DNA of 32,596 bases from Methanocellales archaeon (GCA_037443105.1 JBBIOZ010000001.1:25439-58034); one strand, 5' to 3'. Numbered from the stretch's first letter, positions 9,232 to 19,419 are shown. Program-made: numbers and translations. Notes: generated from the letters alone by a model not told the origin.

Positions 9232-10482
9232 ATGCTATCTATAACCATGCGCTTCGAAGAAGCTCATCCAGCTTTTGATATTAAAGCAACGAAGGCAAAA
9301 ACTTTGCTTGGGAAGAAAATTGTTTTAGGAGTTACAGGAAGCATTGCAGCAATTGAAAGCGTTAAACTTGCTCGTGAATTAATCCGCCACGGCGCTGAGG
9401 TTTATGCGGTCATGAGTAAGGAAGCCATGCGCATTCTGCATCCAAATGCCCTTGAATATGCCACTGGGCACAAGGTTATAACTGAAATCTCAGGAGCTGT
9501 TGAGCATATTGAGCACTGTGGCGAGCGTGAAGCTAAAGCGAGTTTACTTTTAATTGCACCTTGCACAGCCAATACTATAAGTAAAATCGCCTGTGGAATT
9601 GACGATACACCTGTTACCACCTTTGCTACCACAGCACTTGGGTCAAAAATTCCCATAATGATTGCTCCAGCTATGCATACCTCAATGTATTCTCACGCGA
9701 TACTTACTGAAAATATTGAGAGGCTTCGAAAAATCGGAATTAAATTCATAGCTCCTAGGATTGAGGAGGGAACTGCGAAGCTCGCTAGTGTGGAGGAAAT
9801 AGTTATTAATGTGGAGCGCTGCCTTGGTGCTAATGAGCTAGCGGGCAAGAAAATCTTAATAACAGGTGGAGGCACAGCTGAGGCTCTGGATCCAATTAGA
9901 ATTTTAACCAATCGAAGCTCAGGCAGAACTGGTGTTGAGCTTGCAAATGAGGCATATAGAAGGGGTGCGAGCGTTACACTTGTCCATCGCTCTAATTTAA
10001 ATTGCGCTTCTTCAGAGATAAAAACGATATACACTGAGGGAGTGGAGGATATGATCAGCGCAGTTATGAGAGAGCTTGAGAGTGAAAAATATGATATATT
10101 GATTAGCGCTGCGGCGATCTCAGACTTTACCGTCGCTAGAAGTGCTACGAAGATCAAATCTGGGGAGCCTGTTTTACTTCGCCTCAAGCCAGCTCCAAAG
10201 CTCATTAGGAGGGTTAGAGAGAGATATCCTGATTTATATATAGTGGGTTTTAAAGCTGAGACTCACGTTTCTAATGAAGAGTTAATCGAGCGCGCTAAAT
10301 TTGCAATGCAGCGCGACCGCCTTAATATGATAGTTGCAAATGAAGTTGGCAGCGGGGGGATTGGTGGTGAGAGTAATGAAGTTTTCATCATCGATGAAAA
10401 AAGCATTGAAAAAGTTTCTGGTTTAAAGCGAGAGATAGCGGCAAAGATATTTGACGCAGTGGTGGAGAGGCTTAAATGCTAA
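9232..10482 (+). CDS. coaBC: Bifunctional phosphopantothenoylcysteine decarboxylase / phosphopantothenate-cysteine ligase (CoaBC/Dfp)
   Basis: N-terminal flavoprotein domain (GVTGSIAA, PCTANT) plus a C-terminal CoaB domain (ITGGGT, SSGRTG, GFKAET). An alternative start is at 9247. Confidence 0.88.
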   Translation: MLSITMRFEEAHPAFDIKATKAKTLLGKKIVLGVTGSIAAIESVKLARELIRHGAEVYAVMSKEAMRILHPNALEYATGHKVITEISGAVEHIEHCGEREAKASLLLIAPCTANTISKIACGIDDTPVTTFATTALGSKIPIMIAPAMHTSMYSHAILTENIERLRKIGIKFIAPRIEEGTAKLASVEEIVINVERCLGANELAGKKILITGGGTAEALDPIRILTNRSSGRTGVELANEAYRRGASVTLVHRSNLNCASSEIKTIYTEGVEDMISAVMRELESEKYDILISAAAISDFTVARSATKIKSGEPVLLRLKPAPKLIRRVRERYPDLYIVGFKAETHVSNEELIERAKFAMQRDRLNMIVANEVGSGGIGGESNEVFIIDEKSIEKVSGLKREIAAKIFDAVVERLKC

Positions 10483-11324
10483 AAGTTGGCAGAGCTTTCG
10501 CCCCTGCGCATATAACTGGTTTTTTTGAGATCTGCGAAGATAGCGATCCTAGGAAAATGGGTTCAAGGGGCTGTGGATTTACCTTAGATGTGGGAACAAC
10601 AACTCAAGTTAAAACTGGCTCTGAAACCTTTATTGAGTTGAATGGAAAGCTAGAGGAGGCTGAGACGAGTAGATGGGTTGTTAATGCACTTGCTCCAGGA
10701 GTGCAAGTTGAGGTGAGATCTAAAGTTGAGGTTCCAATTGGCTGTGGGCTTGGAGCAAGTGGTGCTGGCGCATTGAGCACTGCCTTTGCATTGAATCAAG
10801 CTTTAAATTTGAGAAGGAGTTTCAATGAATTGGCTTTAATCGCACATATCGCTGAAGTAGAAAAGCGCACTGGACTTGGAAGTGTAACTGGGCAGTGCTA
10901 TGGAGGTGTAGTTATTAGAAAGCAGCCTGGAGCAATTGGCTTTGGAGATGTGGATAGAATTCCAACTAAAGGGATAAAAATTTTTTATATAGCAATGGGG
11001 GCTATTCCTACAAAGGAAGTCATTACAAGCTCGATAGCCAAGAAGAAGATAAATAATTCCGGTAGAAAGGCTTTGAAGGCTCTTTTAAAAAAGCCAACCT
11101 TTGAAAATTTCATGGCGCTCTCGAAGAAATTCTCATATGAAACAGAAATATTAAGCAGTAGAGCTAGAGACATCATCGAGGCTGTTGAGGCAAGAGGGGG
11201 ACTTGCAAGTATGGCTATGATTGGCGATACTGTTTTCGCAGTGGATGTGGAGGAAAAATTTTTAAAGAACTTTGGTGAAGTAAAAGAAGCTAGAATTGGA
11301 TTTGAGGGCGTGCATTTAATATAG
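10476..11324 (+). CDS. Pantoate kinase (archaeal CoA pathway, GHMP kinase superfamily)
   Basis: N-terminal APAHITGFF and GHMP motif PIGCGLGASGAGALSTA. It overlaps the coaBC stop by 7 nt. The context fits the archaeal pantoate kinase / phosphopantothenate synthetase route. Confidence 0.7.
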   Translation: MLKVGRAFAPAHITGFFEICEDSDPRKMGSRGCGFTLDVGTTTQVKTGSETFIELNGKLEEAETSRWVVNALAPGVQVEVRSKVEVPIGCGLGASGAGALSTAFALNQALNLRRSFNELALIAHIAEVEKRTGLGSVTGQCYGGVVIRKQPGAIGFGDVDRIPTKGIKIFYIAMGAIPTKEVITSSIAKKKINNSGRKALKALLKKPTFENFMALSKKFSYETEILSSRARDIIEAVEARGGLASMAMIGDTVFAVDVEEKFLKNFGEVKEARIGFEGVHLI

Positions 11325-11325
11325 G

Positions 11326-12579
11326 TTACCCGCCTAACGTGGTTTGAGTGAAGTTCTCCAATAATGGTTGTGTTTTGATGCCTTCAAGCATTCTCAAGCG
11401 CAGGTCTTCAAGTAGAACTCTTCTAGTGCTAGTGAGGGGCACACTCATTGTAACTTCCTTGGTTCTGCCATATCTCCCTTTACTAACCACCATTGCATTT
11501 ATTATACCAAGCATGTCAAGTTCAGATATTAAATCTGTTATTCTCCTTTGAGTAAGCACATCTGCATCGATTTGCCTACATAGCTTTCTATATACATTGA
11601 AAACTTCACCTGTGGTGGCATTTTTCACTCCTCCTTCTTCGAGCAGAATCATGCTATACAGCACTAGCTTACTTTGAGTTGGAAGAGTTCTCACCACCTC
11701 AGTAATTCTATCAATTTCAATTTTATCTTGAGCTAGACGCACGTGCTCTTCAGTTACCATAGATACATTTTGTCTTTCCGCAAGCTCGCCAGCTACTCTT
11801 AATAGATCAAGTGCTCTCCTTGCATCACCGTGCTCTTGAGCTGCCATCGCTGCGCACAGGGGAATTACTCCTGGTGCAAGTGCACCTTTTTTGAAGGCAA
11901 CGATTGCTCTTTGCTCCAAGATGTCTCTAAGCTGGTCCGCATTATAAGGCGGGAAGATTATCTCCTCCTCCCCCAGGGAGCTTTTTACTCTAGGGTCTAA
12001 ATATTCGGTGAATTTTAAATCATTGGTTATGCCAATGATGCTCAGCTTAGCTCTCTTGAGTTCAGCATTAATTCTAGATAGATTGTAAAGGGTATCGTCA
12101 CCACTTTTCTTGATTAATTTATCAATTTCGTCAAGGATGATTATTACCACCTGCTCTTTTGAATCAAGGGCTTCCTGAAACTCTCTATATACGTGATCCG
12201 TAGGCCAGCCTGTGAAGGGCACTTCCCGATTAAAGCGATTTGCTAAATGCGCAAGCACGCGATATTGAGTATCAATTACTTCACAATTCAAGTACATTAC
12301 TATGCAGGGGACACCTTTTGCCTCTCCAGCGCGCTCGAGCTCCTTGCCAACGTATTTAGCTGTAGCGGTTTTACCAGTTCCTGTTTTACCATAGATAAGA
12401 ACGTTGGATGGAGTTTCATTTTTTAAAGCAACCACTAAGACACTTGCCAAAGCATCAATCTGAGCCTTCCTGTGAGGGAGATAATCTGGGGTATAGGAGG
12501 GGCGTAGAATTTCTTTGTTCTCAAAAACTCTCTCCACTTTCAATAAATGATCAAATATACCGCCATCCAAATTTAGCAC
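11326..12579 (-). CDS. cdc6: Orc1/Cdc6 replication initiator
   Basis: AAA+ Walker A GKTGTGKT, Walker B IILDEID, and a C-terminal winged-helix region. It lies next to an AT-rich spacer carrying ORB-like boxes. Confidence 0.93.
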   Translation of the reverse strand: MLNLDGGIFDHLLKVERVFENKEILRPSYTPDYLPHRKAQIDALASVLVVALKNETPSNVLIYGKTGTGKTATAKYVGKELERAGEAKGVPCIVMYLNCEVIDTQYRVLAHLANRFNREVPFTGWPTDHVYREFQEALDSKEQVVIIILDEIDKLIKKSGDDTLYNLSRINAELKRAKLSIIGITNDLKFTEYLDPRVKSSLGEEEIIFPPYNADQLRDILEQRAIVAFKKGALAPGVIPLCAAMAAQEHGDARRALDLLRVAGELAERQNVSMVTEEHVRLAQDKIEIDRITEVVRTLPTQSKLVLYSMILLEEGGVKNATTGEVFNVYRKLCRQIDADVLTQRRITDLISELDMLGIINAMVVSKGRYGRTKEVTMSVPLTSTRRVLLEDLRLRMLEGIKTQPLLENFTQTTLGG

Positions 12580-12684
12580 CCCGCGTTAATGAGCTACACT
12601 TAAAAAAGGTTTATTTAATTAATAAAAATTATGGTTAACGTTTAACTGCGAATAAGCTTCAGGCTAATTTTAAAATAAAAAGCC

Positions 12685-12706
12685 AACCCCTTAATTTCGC
12701 ATGGAA
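12685..12706 (-). repeat. ORB-like origin recognition box, left
   Basis: The reverse complement reads TTCCAtgcGAAAttaaGGGGTT. This fits the remembered archaeal ORB pattern TCCA-N3-GAAA-N3-5-GGGG(T). Confidence 0.5.
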
Positions 12707-12823
12707 GACTTTATTTATAATGGTTCATCTAATACCTATATGATGACAAATATACTGTTTTTAATATACAATTATAAGTATTTATATTTTTCTATTATGT
12801 ATCCTTTTATACAAAAATGATAG

Positions 12824-12842
12824 TGGAGTGGAAAGAAGGGGG
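12824..12842 (+). repeat. ORB-like origin recognition box, right
   Basis: Reads TGGAgtgGAAAgaaGGGGG, the same GAAA-N3-4-GGGG layout as the left box but inverted. The G-strings of both boxes point away from the AT-rich core. Confidence 0.5.
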
Positions 12843-12871
12843 ATACCCTTTAAAAATAAAAAGGGAAAAAA

Positions 12872-12879
12872 TTTATATA
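12872..12879 (+). promoter_or_regulatory. Candidate TATA box for the thermosome gene
   Basis: tttatata preceded by a purine-rich BRE-like aaagggaaaaaa. A GGAGGTG Shine-Dalgarno-like element at 12929-12935 precedes ATG 12941. Confidence 0.4.
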
Positions 12880-12940
12880 GAAGTGTTCATCAATTAATAT
12901 GTCTAGTTATTTGGCTGTTGTTTAAACTGGAGGTGTATAA

Positions 12941-14569
12941 ATGGTGCAGCAGCAAACTATGCCTGTATTAATTTTAAAGGAAGGAAGTCAGAGAACTCGC
13001 GGTAGAGAGGCGCAGAGCATGAATATATTAGCAGCTAGAGCAGTGGCAGCTGCAGTGCGCACTACACTTGGCCCTAAGGGAATGGATAAAATGCTAGTGG
13101 ATAGCTTGGGGGATGTGGTGATTACCAATGATGGAGTAACCATTTTGAAGGAAATGGACATTGAGCATCCAGCGGCGAAGATGATGGTGGAAGTATCGAA
13201 GACGCAGGATGACGAAGTGGGAGATGGAACCACTACAGCAGTGGTAATAGCAGGGGAACTGCTTGCCAATGCTGAGAAGTTAATTGATCAAAAAATCCAT
13301 CCAACAGTTGTAGTATCAGGCTATAAGCTAGCGGCTAAGAAAGCAGAGGAAGTGCTGAAAAATATAGCCATAGATGTGGATATAAACAATGAGAAGCTAT
13401 TGAGGCAAGTGGCACTCACAGCTATAACTGGGAAGGGTGCAGAGACAGCCAAGGATGAAATCTCAGATATATGCGTGCGAGCAGTGAAGGCAATTGTTGA
13501 AGATGGAAAGGCAGATATAGAAAACGTACAGATACAGAAAATCGAAGGAGGCAGCTCCTCAGACTCGAAGTTGGTTGAAGGAGTGGTTATAGACAAAGAA
13601 GTGGTGCATCCGCACATGCCTAAGAGGGTCAAGGATGCAAAGATACTGCTGTTAGATGTTGCACTTGAATATAAGAAAACTGAAGTGGACGCAGAGATCT
13701 CAATAACATCGCCAGATCAATTAAAAGCATTCTTGGATGAGGAAGAGCGCATATTGAAGAGCATGGTTGACAAAATTGCAGCTACGGGTGCAAATGTGGT
13801 GCTCTGCCAGAAAGGCATAGATGATATTGCGCAGCATTACCTAGCTAAGGCTAACATCCTTGCAGCTAGAAGAATAAAGGAAAGTGATATGAAGAAGCTA
13901 GCTAGAGCTACAGGTGCTACGATAGTCAAAAGCTTAGAGGGACTATCACCTAAGGACTTAGGTAGCGCTGGGCTTGTTGAAGAACGCAAATATGGCGAGG
14001 AAGAAATGATATTTGTGGAGCAATGTAAGAATCCAAAGGCAGTTACCATAATACTCAGAGGAGGCTCGGAGCACGTTGTAGATGAACTTGAGCGAGGGGT
14101 CAATGATGGACTGCGAGTGGTTGAAGCAGCGATTGAGGATGGCAAGATCGTGGCAGGTGGAGGTGCAGCTGAAGTTGAAGTTGCCCTGCGCCTGAGAGAA
14201 TATGCTGCAACAGTTGGAGGCAGGGAGCAGCTTGCAGTCGAGGCTTTTGCCGATGCTATTGAAGTAATTCCAAAGACACTTGCGGAGAATGCAGGCTTAG
14301 ATCCAATTGACACCATCGTAGATCTCAGAGCTGAGCATGAGAAAGGCAATAAATACGCTGGGCTCAATGTATACACAGGTAAAGTTATAGATATGTTCAA
14401 AGAAGGCGTTGTTGAGCCATTGAGGGTGAAAACACAAGCGATTCACTCAGCTTCGGAAGCTGCAACTATGATACTGCGGATCGACGATGTAATTGCTGCA
14501 GGCAAACTTGAAAAAGAGGAGAAGAAACCTCCAACTTCAAAGGGCGAGGAATTCGAATCAGAATATTAA
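12941..14569 (+). CDS. ths: Thermosome subunit (group II chaperonin)
   Basis: [33 protein letters not shown], and a charged C-terminal tail. Confidence 0.95.
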   Translation: MVQQQTMPVLILKEGSQRTRGREAQSMNILAARAVAAAVRTTLGPKGMDKMLVDSLGDVVITNDGVTILKEMDIEHPAAKMMVEVSKTQDDEVGDGTTTAVVIAGELLANAEKLIDQKIHPTVVVSGYKLAAKKAEEVLKNIAIDVDINNEKLLRQVALTAITGKGAETAKDEISDICVRAVKAIVEDGKADIENVQIQKIEGGSSSDSKLVEGVVIDKEVVHPHMPKRVKDAKILLLDVALEYKKTEVDAEISITSPDQLKAFLDEEERILKSMVDKIAATGANVVLCQKGIDDIAQHYLAKANILAARRIKESDMKKLARATGATIVKSLEGLSPKDLGSAGLVEERKYGEEEMIFVEQCKNPKAVTIILRGGSEHVVDELERGVNDGLRVVEAAIEDGKIVAGGGAAEVEVALRLREYAATVGGREQLAVEAFADAIEVIPKTLAENAGLDPIDTIVDLRAEHEKGNKYAGLNVYTGKVIDMFKEGVVEPLRVKTQAIHSASEAATMILRIDDVIAAGKLEKEEKKPPTSKGEEFESEY

Positions 14570-14584
14570 TTTTTTACATTTTTT
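14570..14584 (+). terminator. Two T6 runs directly after the thermosome stop (archaeal oligo-T termination signal)
   Basis: tttttt at 14570-14575 and tttttt at 14579-14584, followed by AGGTGA and the grpE ATG. Confidence 0.4.
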
Positions 14585-14607
14585 ACCTTTATTTTAGGTG
14601 AAAGAAT

Positions 14608-15183
14608 ATGGAACTTGAAAAAGAGCTGTCACTGGAGAAAAAAGATGATACGCAAGCTGAAGAAATAGCTAAGTTGAAGATTGAGCTTGAGGCTAAAAAT
14701 AAAGAGCTTGAGGCTAAAAATAAAGAGCTTGAGGAAAAAACCAAGCTTGCCAATGAATATTACACGCAGCTGCAGTATTTAATGGCTGATATTGAGAATT
14801 TGAAGAAACTTGCAGCCAAAGAAAAAATGGATTATATAAAATTTGCAAATGAAGAGTTGGTTAAAAAACTGCTGCCTGTTTTAGATAGCTTTGAAAGTGC
14901 TTTAAAAGCGGTTAAGGTTATGGAATATGAAAATACAAATATAAAGAGCATAGCGGAGGGAATGGAAAAACTATATCGCCAGCTATATGAAGTCCTTGAG
15001 AAAGAGGGACTTCGAACCATTTCTGCAGTTGGTGAAAAGTTTGATCCATTTAAACACGAAGCAGTTGCGCAAATTGAAAATAGGGATGCAGAGGAAAATA
15101 TCATATTGGAGGAACTTCAAAAAGGGTATACCTTTAATTCCAAGGTAATTCGCACTTCTAAAGTTAAAGTTTCAAAGAGGTGA
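14608..15183 (+). CDS. grpE: Nucleotide exchange factor GrpE
   Basis: N-terminal coiled coil and a C-terminal [12 protein letters not shown] motif. It is immediately upstream of dnaK. Confidence 0.9.
   Translation: MELEKELSLEKKDDTQAEEIAKLKIELEAKNKELEAKNKELEEKTKLANEYYTQLQYLMADIENLKKLAAKEKMDYIKFANEELVKKLLPVLDSFESALKAVKVMEYENTNIKSIAEGMEKLYRQLYEVLEKEGLRTISAVGEKFDPFKHEAVAQIENRDAEENIILEELQKGYTFNSKVIRTSKVKVSKR
14683..14724 (+). repeat. Perfect 21-bp in-frame tandem duplication inside grpE (a partial third copy runs to 14734)
   Basis: gagcttgaggctaaaaataaa occurs twice back to back, encoding [14 protein letters not shown], then gagcttgagg again. Confidence 0.9.
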
Positions 15184-15187
15184 GAAA

Positions 15188-17038
15188 ATGGCAAAAATAA
15201 TTGGAATCGACCTAGGAACAAGTAATTCAGCTGCTGCTGTCTTGATGGGAGGCAGGCCTACCATAATTCCAAGCTCTGAAGGTGTAACTCTAGGAGGCAA
15301 AGCCTTCCCAAGCTATGTTGCATTTACAAAGGATGGACAACTGCTAATTGGTGAACCAGCTAGAAGGCAGGCTGTAAGCAATCCTGAAGGTACTGTAACT
15401 GCATTTAAAAGAAAGATGGGCACTGATTATAAATATAGGATACACGGCAAGGAATATACCCCTCAAGAGCTCTCTGCATTCTTACTTCGCAAGATAAAGC
15501 AAGACGCTGAAGCCTTCATTGGTGAAAAAGTGGAGAAAGCGGTTATAACTGTGCCAGCTTATTTCAATGACAATCAAAGACAGGCAACCAAAGATGCTGG
15601 TAGAATCGCAGGCTTGGAAGTGGTTCGAATAATCAATGAACCTACGGCAGCAAGCTTAGCATATGGAATTGATAAAGCTGGCAAAGAACAGCGAATCATG
15701 GTCTTCGACCTAGGCGGTGGCACGTTGGATGTAACAATCCTTGAATTCGGCGGTGGAGTTTTTGAAGTAAAATCAACCTCTGGGGATACCCAGCTTGGCG
15801 GCACAGATATGGATAATGTATTAATAGATTACATTGTTAGAGAATTCAAGCGCGATACAGGCATAGATCTTAGGAATGATAAAATGGCGATGATGCGCCT
15901 TAAAGAAGCAGCGGAGAAGGCAAAAATCGAGCTCTCAACCGCGCTTACCACCGATATCAACCTGCCCTTCATCTCAGCAGATCAAACTGGGCCGAAGCAT
16001 CTTTCAATGACCCTTACTAGAGCAAAGCTTGAAGAACTAGTAGCACCCATAGTTGAACGCTGCAGAGGACCAATGCAGCAAGCTCTAGCTGATGCCAAGC
16101 TTGAGCCAAAGGATATAGATAAAGTAATATTAGTTGGCGGCCCAACGCGCATGCCAATCGTGCAGCGCTTCGTCGAGGAATTCATGGGCAAAAAAATAGA
16201 GCGAGGTATAGATCCAATGGAATGCGTGGCGATGGGTGCAGCGATCCAAGGTGGAGTACTTGCTGGAGAAGTTAAAGATCTCGTGCTATTGGATGTTACC
16301 CCTCTTTCACTAGGCGTTGAAACCCTTGGCGGTATTTTCACCAAACTCATAGAGAGAAATACAACGATCCCAACTAGGAAGAGCCAGATCTTCACCACAG
16401 CTGCTGATAATCAAACAAGCGTAGAAATACACGTACTGCAGGGCGAGAGACCAATGGCGGCGGATAATACTACGCTTGGCCGCTTTCATTTAATTGGCAT
16501 ACCACCTGCTCCACGCGGTGTTCCACAGATTGAGGTCACCTTTGATATCGATGTAAATGGCATCCTCACAGTTTCAGCTAAAGATCTCGCAACCGGCAAG
16601 GAGCAGAAGATTACCATAACTGCGCCGCATAGACTATCGGAGGAGGAAATTCAACGCAAGATCAAAGAAGCTGAGAAATATGCTGAGGAGGATAAAAAGC
16701 GAAGGGAAAAAGCGGAGCTTAAGAATCAAGCTGATTCCTTAATATATACCTCTGAGAAAACAGTTAGAGAGGCTGGGGATAAGATAAGCAAAGAACTTAA
16801 GGATAAAGCAACTCAAGCAATTGAGAAACTCAAAGAAGCGGTGAAAAGCGACGATGTAGCTAGAATAAAAGCTGAGATTGAAAGCACAACTAAAGTGCTG
16901 CATGAAATTGCGACCATAATGTATCAGCAAACCGCTGCGAGGCAGGAAGCAAAAGCAAGCGATCAAGCTAAAACCGATCAAGCTAAAAAGACAGTTGACG
17001 CTGATTATAAAGTGGTGGATGAGGATAAAGAGAAATAG
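15188..17038 (+). CDS. dnaK: Hsp70 chaperone DnaK
   Basis: [30 protein letters not shown], and a C-terminal lid and charged tail. Confidence 0.96.
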   Translation: MAKIIGIDLGTSNSAAAVLMGGRPTIIPSSEGVTLGGKAFPSYVAFTKDGQLLIGEPARRQAVSNPEGTVTAFKRKMGTDYKYRIHGKEYTPQELSAFLLRKIKQDAEAFIGEKVEKAVITVPAYFNDNQRQATKDAGRIAGLEVVRIINEPTAASLAYGIDKAGKEQRIMVFDLGGGTLDVTILEFGGGVFEVKSTSGDTQLGGTDMDNVLIDYIVREFKRDTGIDLRNDKMAMMRLKEAAEKAKIELSTALTTDINLPFISADQTGPKHLSMTLTRAKLEELVAPIVERCRGPMQQALADAKLEPKDIDKVILVGGPTRMPIVQRFVEEFMGKKIERGIDPMECVAMGAAIQGGVLAGEVKDLVLLDVTPLSLGVETLGGIFTKLIERNTTIPTRKSQIFTTAADNQTSVEIHVLQGERPMAADNTTLGRFHLIGIPPAPRGVPQIEVTFDIDVNGILTVSAKDLATGKEQKITITAPHRLSEEEIQRKIKEAEKYAEEDKKRREKAELKNQADSLIYTSEKTVREAGDKISKELKDKATQAIEKLKEAVKSDDVARIKAEIESTTKVLHEIATIMYQQTAARQEAKASDQAKTDQAKKTVDADYKVVDEDKEK

Positions 17039-17043
17039 AAGCG

Positions 17044-18198
17044 GTGTTGGCATTGGAAAAGCGGGATTACTATGAAGTGCTAGGGGTCAGTAGAAATGCC
17101 ACAAAAGAAGAAATCAAGCAAGCCTATCGCAAACTCGCGATGCAGTATCACCCAGATGTAAGCAAAGACCCCAATGCTGAGGAAAAATTCAAAGAAATTT
17201 CTGAAGCTTATGCAGTGCTGAGCGATGATGAAAAGCGCGCTCAATATGACCGCTTTGGACACGCTGGGATGGCTGGATATACTCAGCAGGATTTATTCCG
17301 CGACTTTGACTTCGATATCTTCAGAGATTTTGGCTTTGGAAGCTTTGATTCCATCTTCGATATTTTTTTCGGCCGAGACTTAGGCTCGCGCTTCAGACAG
17401 GCATATGAGCAAGCATACCGCCCTAGGCGCGGGAGTGATATTTTATATACCTTGGAAATGAGTTTGAATGAAGCTGCTTTTGGTGCTGAAAAAGAAATTG
17501 AAATTCCAAAGCAAATCACTTGTTCAACATGCAGCGGTACAGGTGCCAAACCTGGCACGAGTCCAAGAAAATGTCCAGCTTGCAATGGCACTGGTCAAGT
17601 TAGACATGCGCAAACTCGAGGCTTTACCCAATTCATAAGGATTGAAACCTGCAACGCGTGCAGAGGACGCGGCACATATATTGAAGTGCCATGCAGTGAA
17701 TGTAGAGGTAAAGGAATTGTTCAAAGGACACGCAAGCTATTGATCAAAGTTCCCAAGGGGGTGGATACAGGCTATCGCTTGCGCATTAAAGGAGAGGGTG
17801 AAGCTGGTGAAATGGGTGCTCCGCCTGGAGATTTATATGTTGAAGTTAAAGTTAAGCTTCACGACTTCTTCGAGAGAGATGGAGATGACTTGATTTGCAA
17901 AGTGCCAATAAGCTTCCCTCAAGCTGCACTCGGCTGCGAGATCGATGTTCCAACGATTTATGGAAAAGTAAAGTTGAAAATACCTCCTGGTACGCAAAGT
18001 GATACTCTATTTCGTTTAAAGGGCAAGGGAATGCCTCGCTTGCATGGCTATGGAAATGGAGATCAAATTGTACGCGTTTATGTAACCATTCCAACCAAAT
18101 TGAGCAAGCGGCAGAGAGAATTGTTGGAAGAACTAGCCAAGCTAGAGGAGCAGGGGAAGGAAAAAAGCTTTTTCTCAAGGATATGGAAAGATGAATAG
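17044..18198 (+). CDS. dnaJ: Hsp40 co-chaperone DnaJ (type I)
   Basis: J domain with YHPDV, a G/F-rich linker, and four CxxCxGxG repeats ([32 protein letters not shown]). There is no upstream ATG, so a GTG start at 17044 is inferred. Confidence 0.93.
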   Translation: MLALEKRDYYEVLGVSRNATKEEIKQAYRKLAMQYHPDVSKDPNAEEKFKEISEAYAVLSDDEKRAQYDRFGHAGMAGYTQQDLFRDFDFDIFRDFGFGSFDSIFDIFFGRDLGSRFRQAYEQAYRPRRGSDILYTLEMSLNEAAFGAEKEIEIPKQITCSTCSGTGAKPGTSPRKCPACNGTGQVRHAQTRGFTQFIRIETCNACRGRGTYIEVPCSECRGKGIVQRTRKLLIKVPKGVDTGYRLRIKGEGEAGEMGAPPGDLYVEVKVKLHDFFERDGDDLICKVPISFPQAALGCEIDVPTIYGKVKLKIPPGTQSDTLFRLKGKGMPRLHGYGNGDQIVRVYVTIPTKLSKRQRELLEELAKLEEQGKEKSFFSRIWKDE

Positions 18199-18209
18199 AG
18201 GTTGATAAT

Positions 18210-18755
18210 ATGATACTTAGTGGGAAGGAAATTGAAAGAGAAGCAGTGCTCTTGGTGGCGAAGCTTATGTTGAATTCAATTCGCACTGCACCTAAAGCGC
18301 TAGGTAGAGATACGATTTATGCTGCAATATTGCTCGATGAGGATTTGAAAAAAATTGCTGAGGAAATGCGCGCTCAAGCCCGTGGCCCGGGATGGGATCG
18401 GGATGCTTCGAATGTGGAGCAATCCAGTGCTTTGTGTTTGATAGGCGTGAAAAGTGAAGCTTCAAATTTAGACTGCGGAGCATGCGGCTTTAAAACTTGC
18501 GAGGAATATAATAAAGCTAAGCGTATCCAAGGCCTTGATTTCGAAGGGCCTACGTGTGTAATTAAAGCTCTAGACCTAGGCATTGCTTTAGGCTCAGCGG
18601 TGAAAACAGCTTCTATACATAATGTGGACAATCGCATTTTCTATCGCGCTGGTGCGGCAGCCAAGAAACTGGGATATTTGAAGGAAGCAAGCATTATAAT
18701 AGCAATTCCACTTTCAGCCACCGGCAAAAATCTATACTTCGACCGTAAATTGTAG
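18210..18755 (+). CDS. DUF2148-like protein (uncharacterised, ferredoxin-like domain family, COG4739-like)
   Basis: Central CGACGFKTCEEY motif and the length match my recollection of this family. It starts 11 nt after the dnaJ stop on the same strand. Confidence 0.5.
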   Translation: MILSGKEIEREAVLLVAKLMLNSIRTAPKALGRDTIYAAILLDEDLKKIAEEMRAQARGPGWDRDASNVEQSSALCLIGVKSEASNLDCGACGFKTCEEYNKAKRIQGLDFEGPTCVIKALDLGIALGSAVKTASIHNVDNRIFYRAGAAAKKLGYLKEASIIIAIPLSATGKNLYFDRKL

Positions 18756-18762
18756 GAGCACT

Positions 18763-19419
18763 ATGCAATCAGACTTAATAGAATGGCTATTTAATCTTAC
18801 CACTAGCTATGGCTACATAGGTATTTTTACAGCGAGTTTTTTAGGCAACCTCCTGCTCTTCATACCATTGCCTTATTTAATAATAGTCTTTGCACTTAGC
18901 AATCCTTCGTTCGGCCTCAACCCAGTGCTATTAGCAATTGCAAGTGCCCTTGGAGCAGCGATTGCTAAATTGATAACCTATAGCATAGGCTATGAAAGCA
19001 GGCATTTGCTTGCAGAGCAGCGGCGTAGAAAACTAGAATTCGCGCGATGGCTAATAGGGCGGCATGGAATGTTAATAATATTCCTCTTCGCGGCCACCCC
19101 CCTGCCTGATGATGTGCTTTACGTCCCACTTGGAATTATGAGCTACTCACCCATTAAGTTCTTTACCTCAGTGCTAGCTGGCAAAATAATTCTAACCTTA
19201 ATAGTGAGCTACACCGGCCACTATTCAATGGAATGGTTTATGCTCTTCTTAAATGGGGGAGGCTGGTTGGGTGTAATTGCAACAATAATTTTGATCGCTC
19301 TCTCAATATATCTAACTTTAAAGATTGACTGGGAAAAAATTTGTCTCACTTTTTTCAGCGATAAAGTAGAAGGCTTGAAGTATTTATTGGATGAATTTGA
19401 AAAAGAGAGAAAAGGCTAG
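18763..19419 (+). CDS. DedA/VTT-domain (SNARE-associated, YqaA-like) membrane protein
   Basis: YGYIGIF..SFLGN...PLP N-terminal signature, 4-5 predicted TM segments, and a PLPDD re-entrant motif. Confidence 0.65.
   Translation: MQSDLIEWLFNLTTSYGYIGIFTASFLGNLLLFIPLPYLIIVFALSNPSFGLNPVLLAIASALGAAIAKLITYSIGYESRHLLAEQRRRKLEFARWLIGRHGMLIIFLFAATPLPDDVLYVPLGIMSYSPIKFFTSVLAGKIILTLIVSYTGHYSMEWFMLFLNGGGWLGVIATIILIALSIYLTLKIDWEKICLTFFSDKVEGLKYLLDEFEKERKG

Larger units (their letters stand above)
12685..12842. other. Candidate replication origin core (oriC): AT-rich unwinding element flanked by two inverted ORB-like boxes
   Basis: The spacer 12711-12820 is almost entirely A/T. It is bracketed by ORB-like boxes at 12685-12706 (minus orientation) and 12824-12842 (plus orientation), immediately upstream of orc1/cdc6. 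Confidence 0.55.

Noticed and set aside
12740-12746. C/D-box sRNA in the origin spacer (ATGATGA C-box-like heptamer). A similar heptamer lies on the minus strand near 8750.
   Set aside because: No CTGA D box occurs at the expected 40-70 nt downstream, and there is no terminal stem. It is most likely chance in A/T-rich DNA.
13837-14400. Long antisense ORFs inside strongly recognisable genes. Examples: 13837-14400 (thermosome), 9693-10205 (coaBC), 15982-16398 (dnaK), 21084-21605 (lrp/aminotransferase), 30658-31134 and 31654-32073 (debranching enzyme), 17852-18286 (dnaJ).
   Set aside because: Their products are Ser/Leu/Pro-rich and low-complexity with no motifs. Each lies entirely opposite a gene with unambiguous family signatures, so they are typical shadow ORFs.
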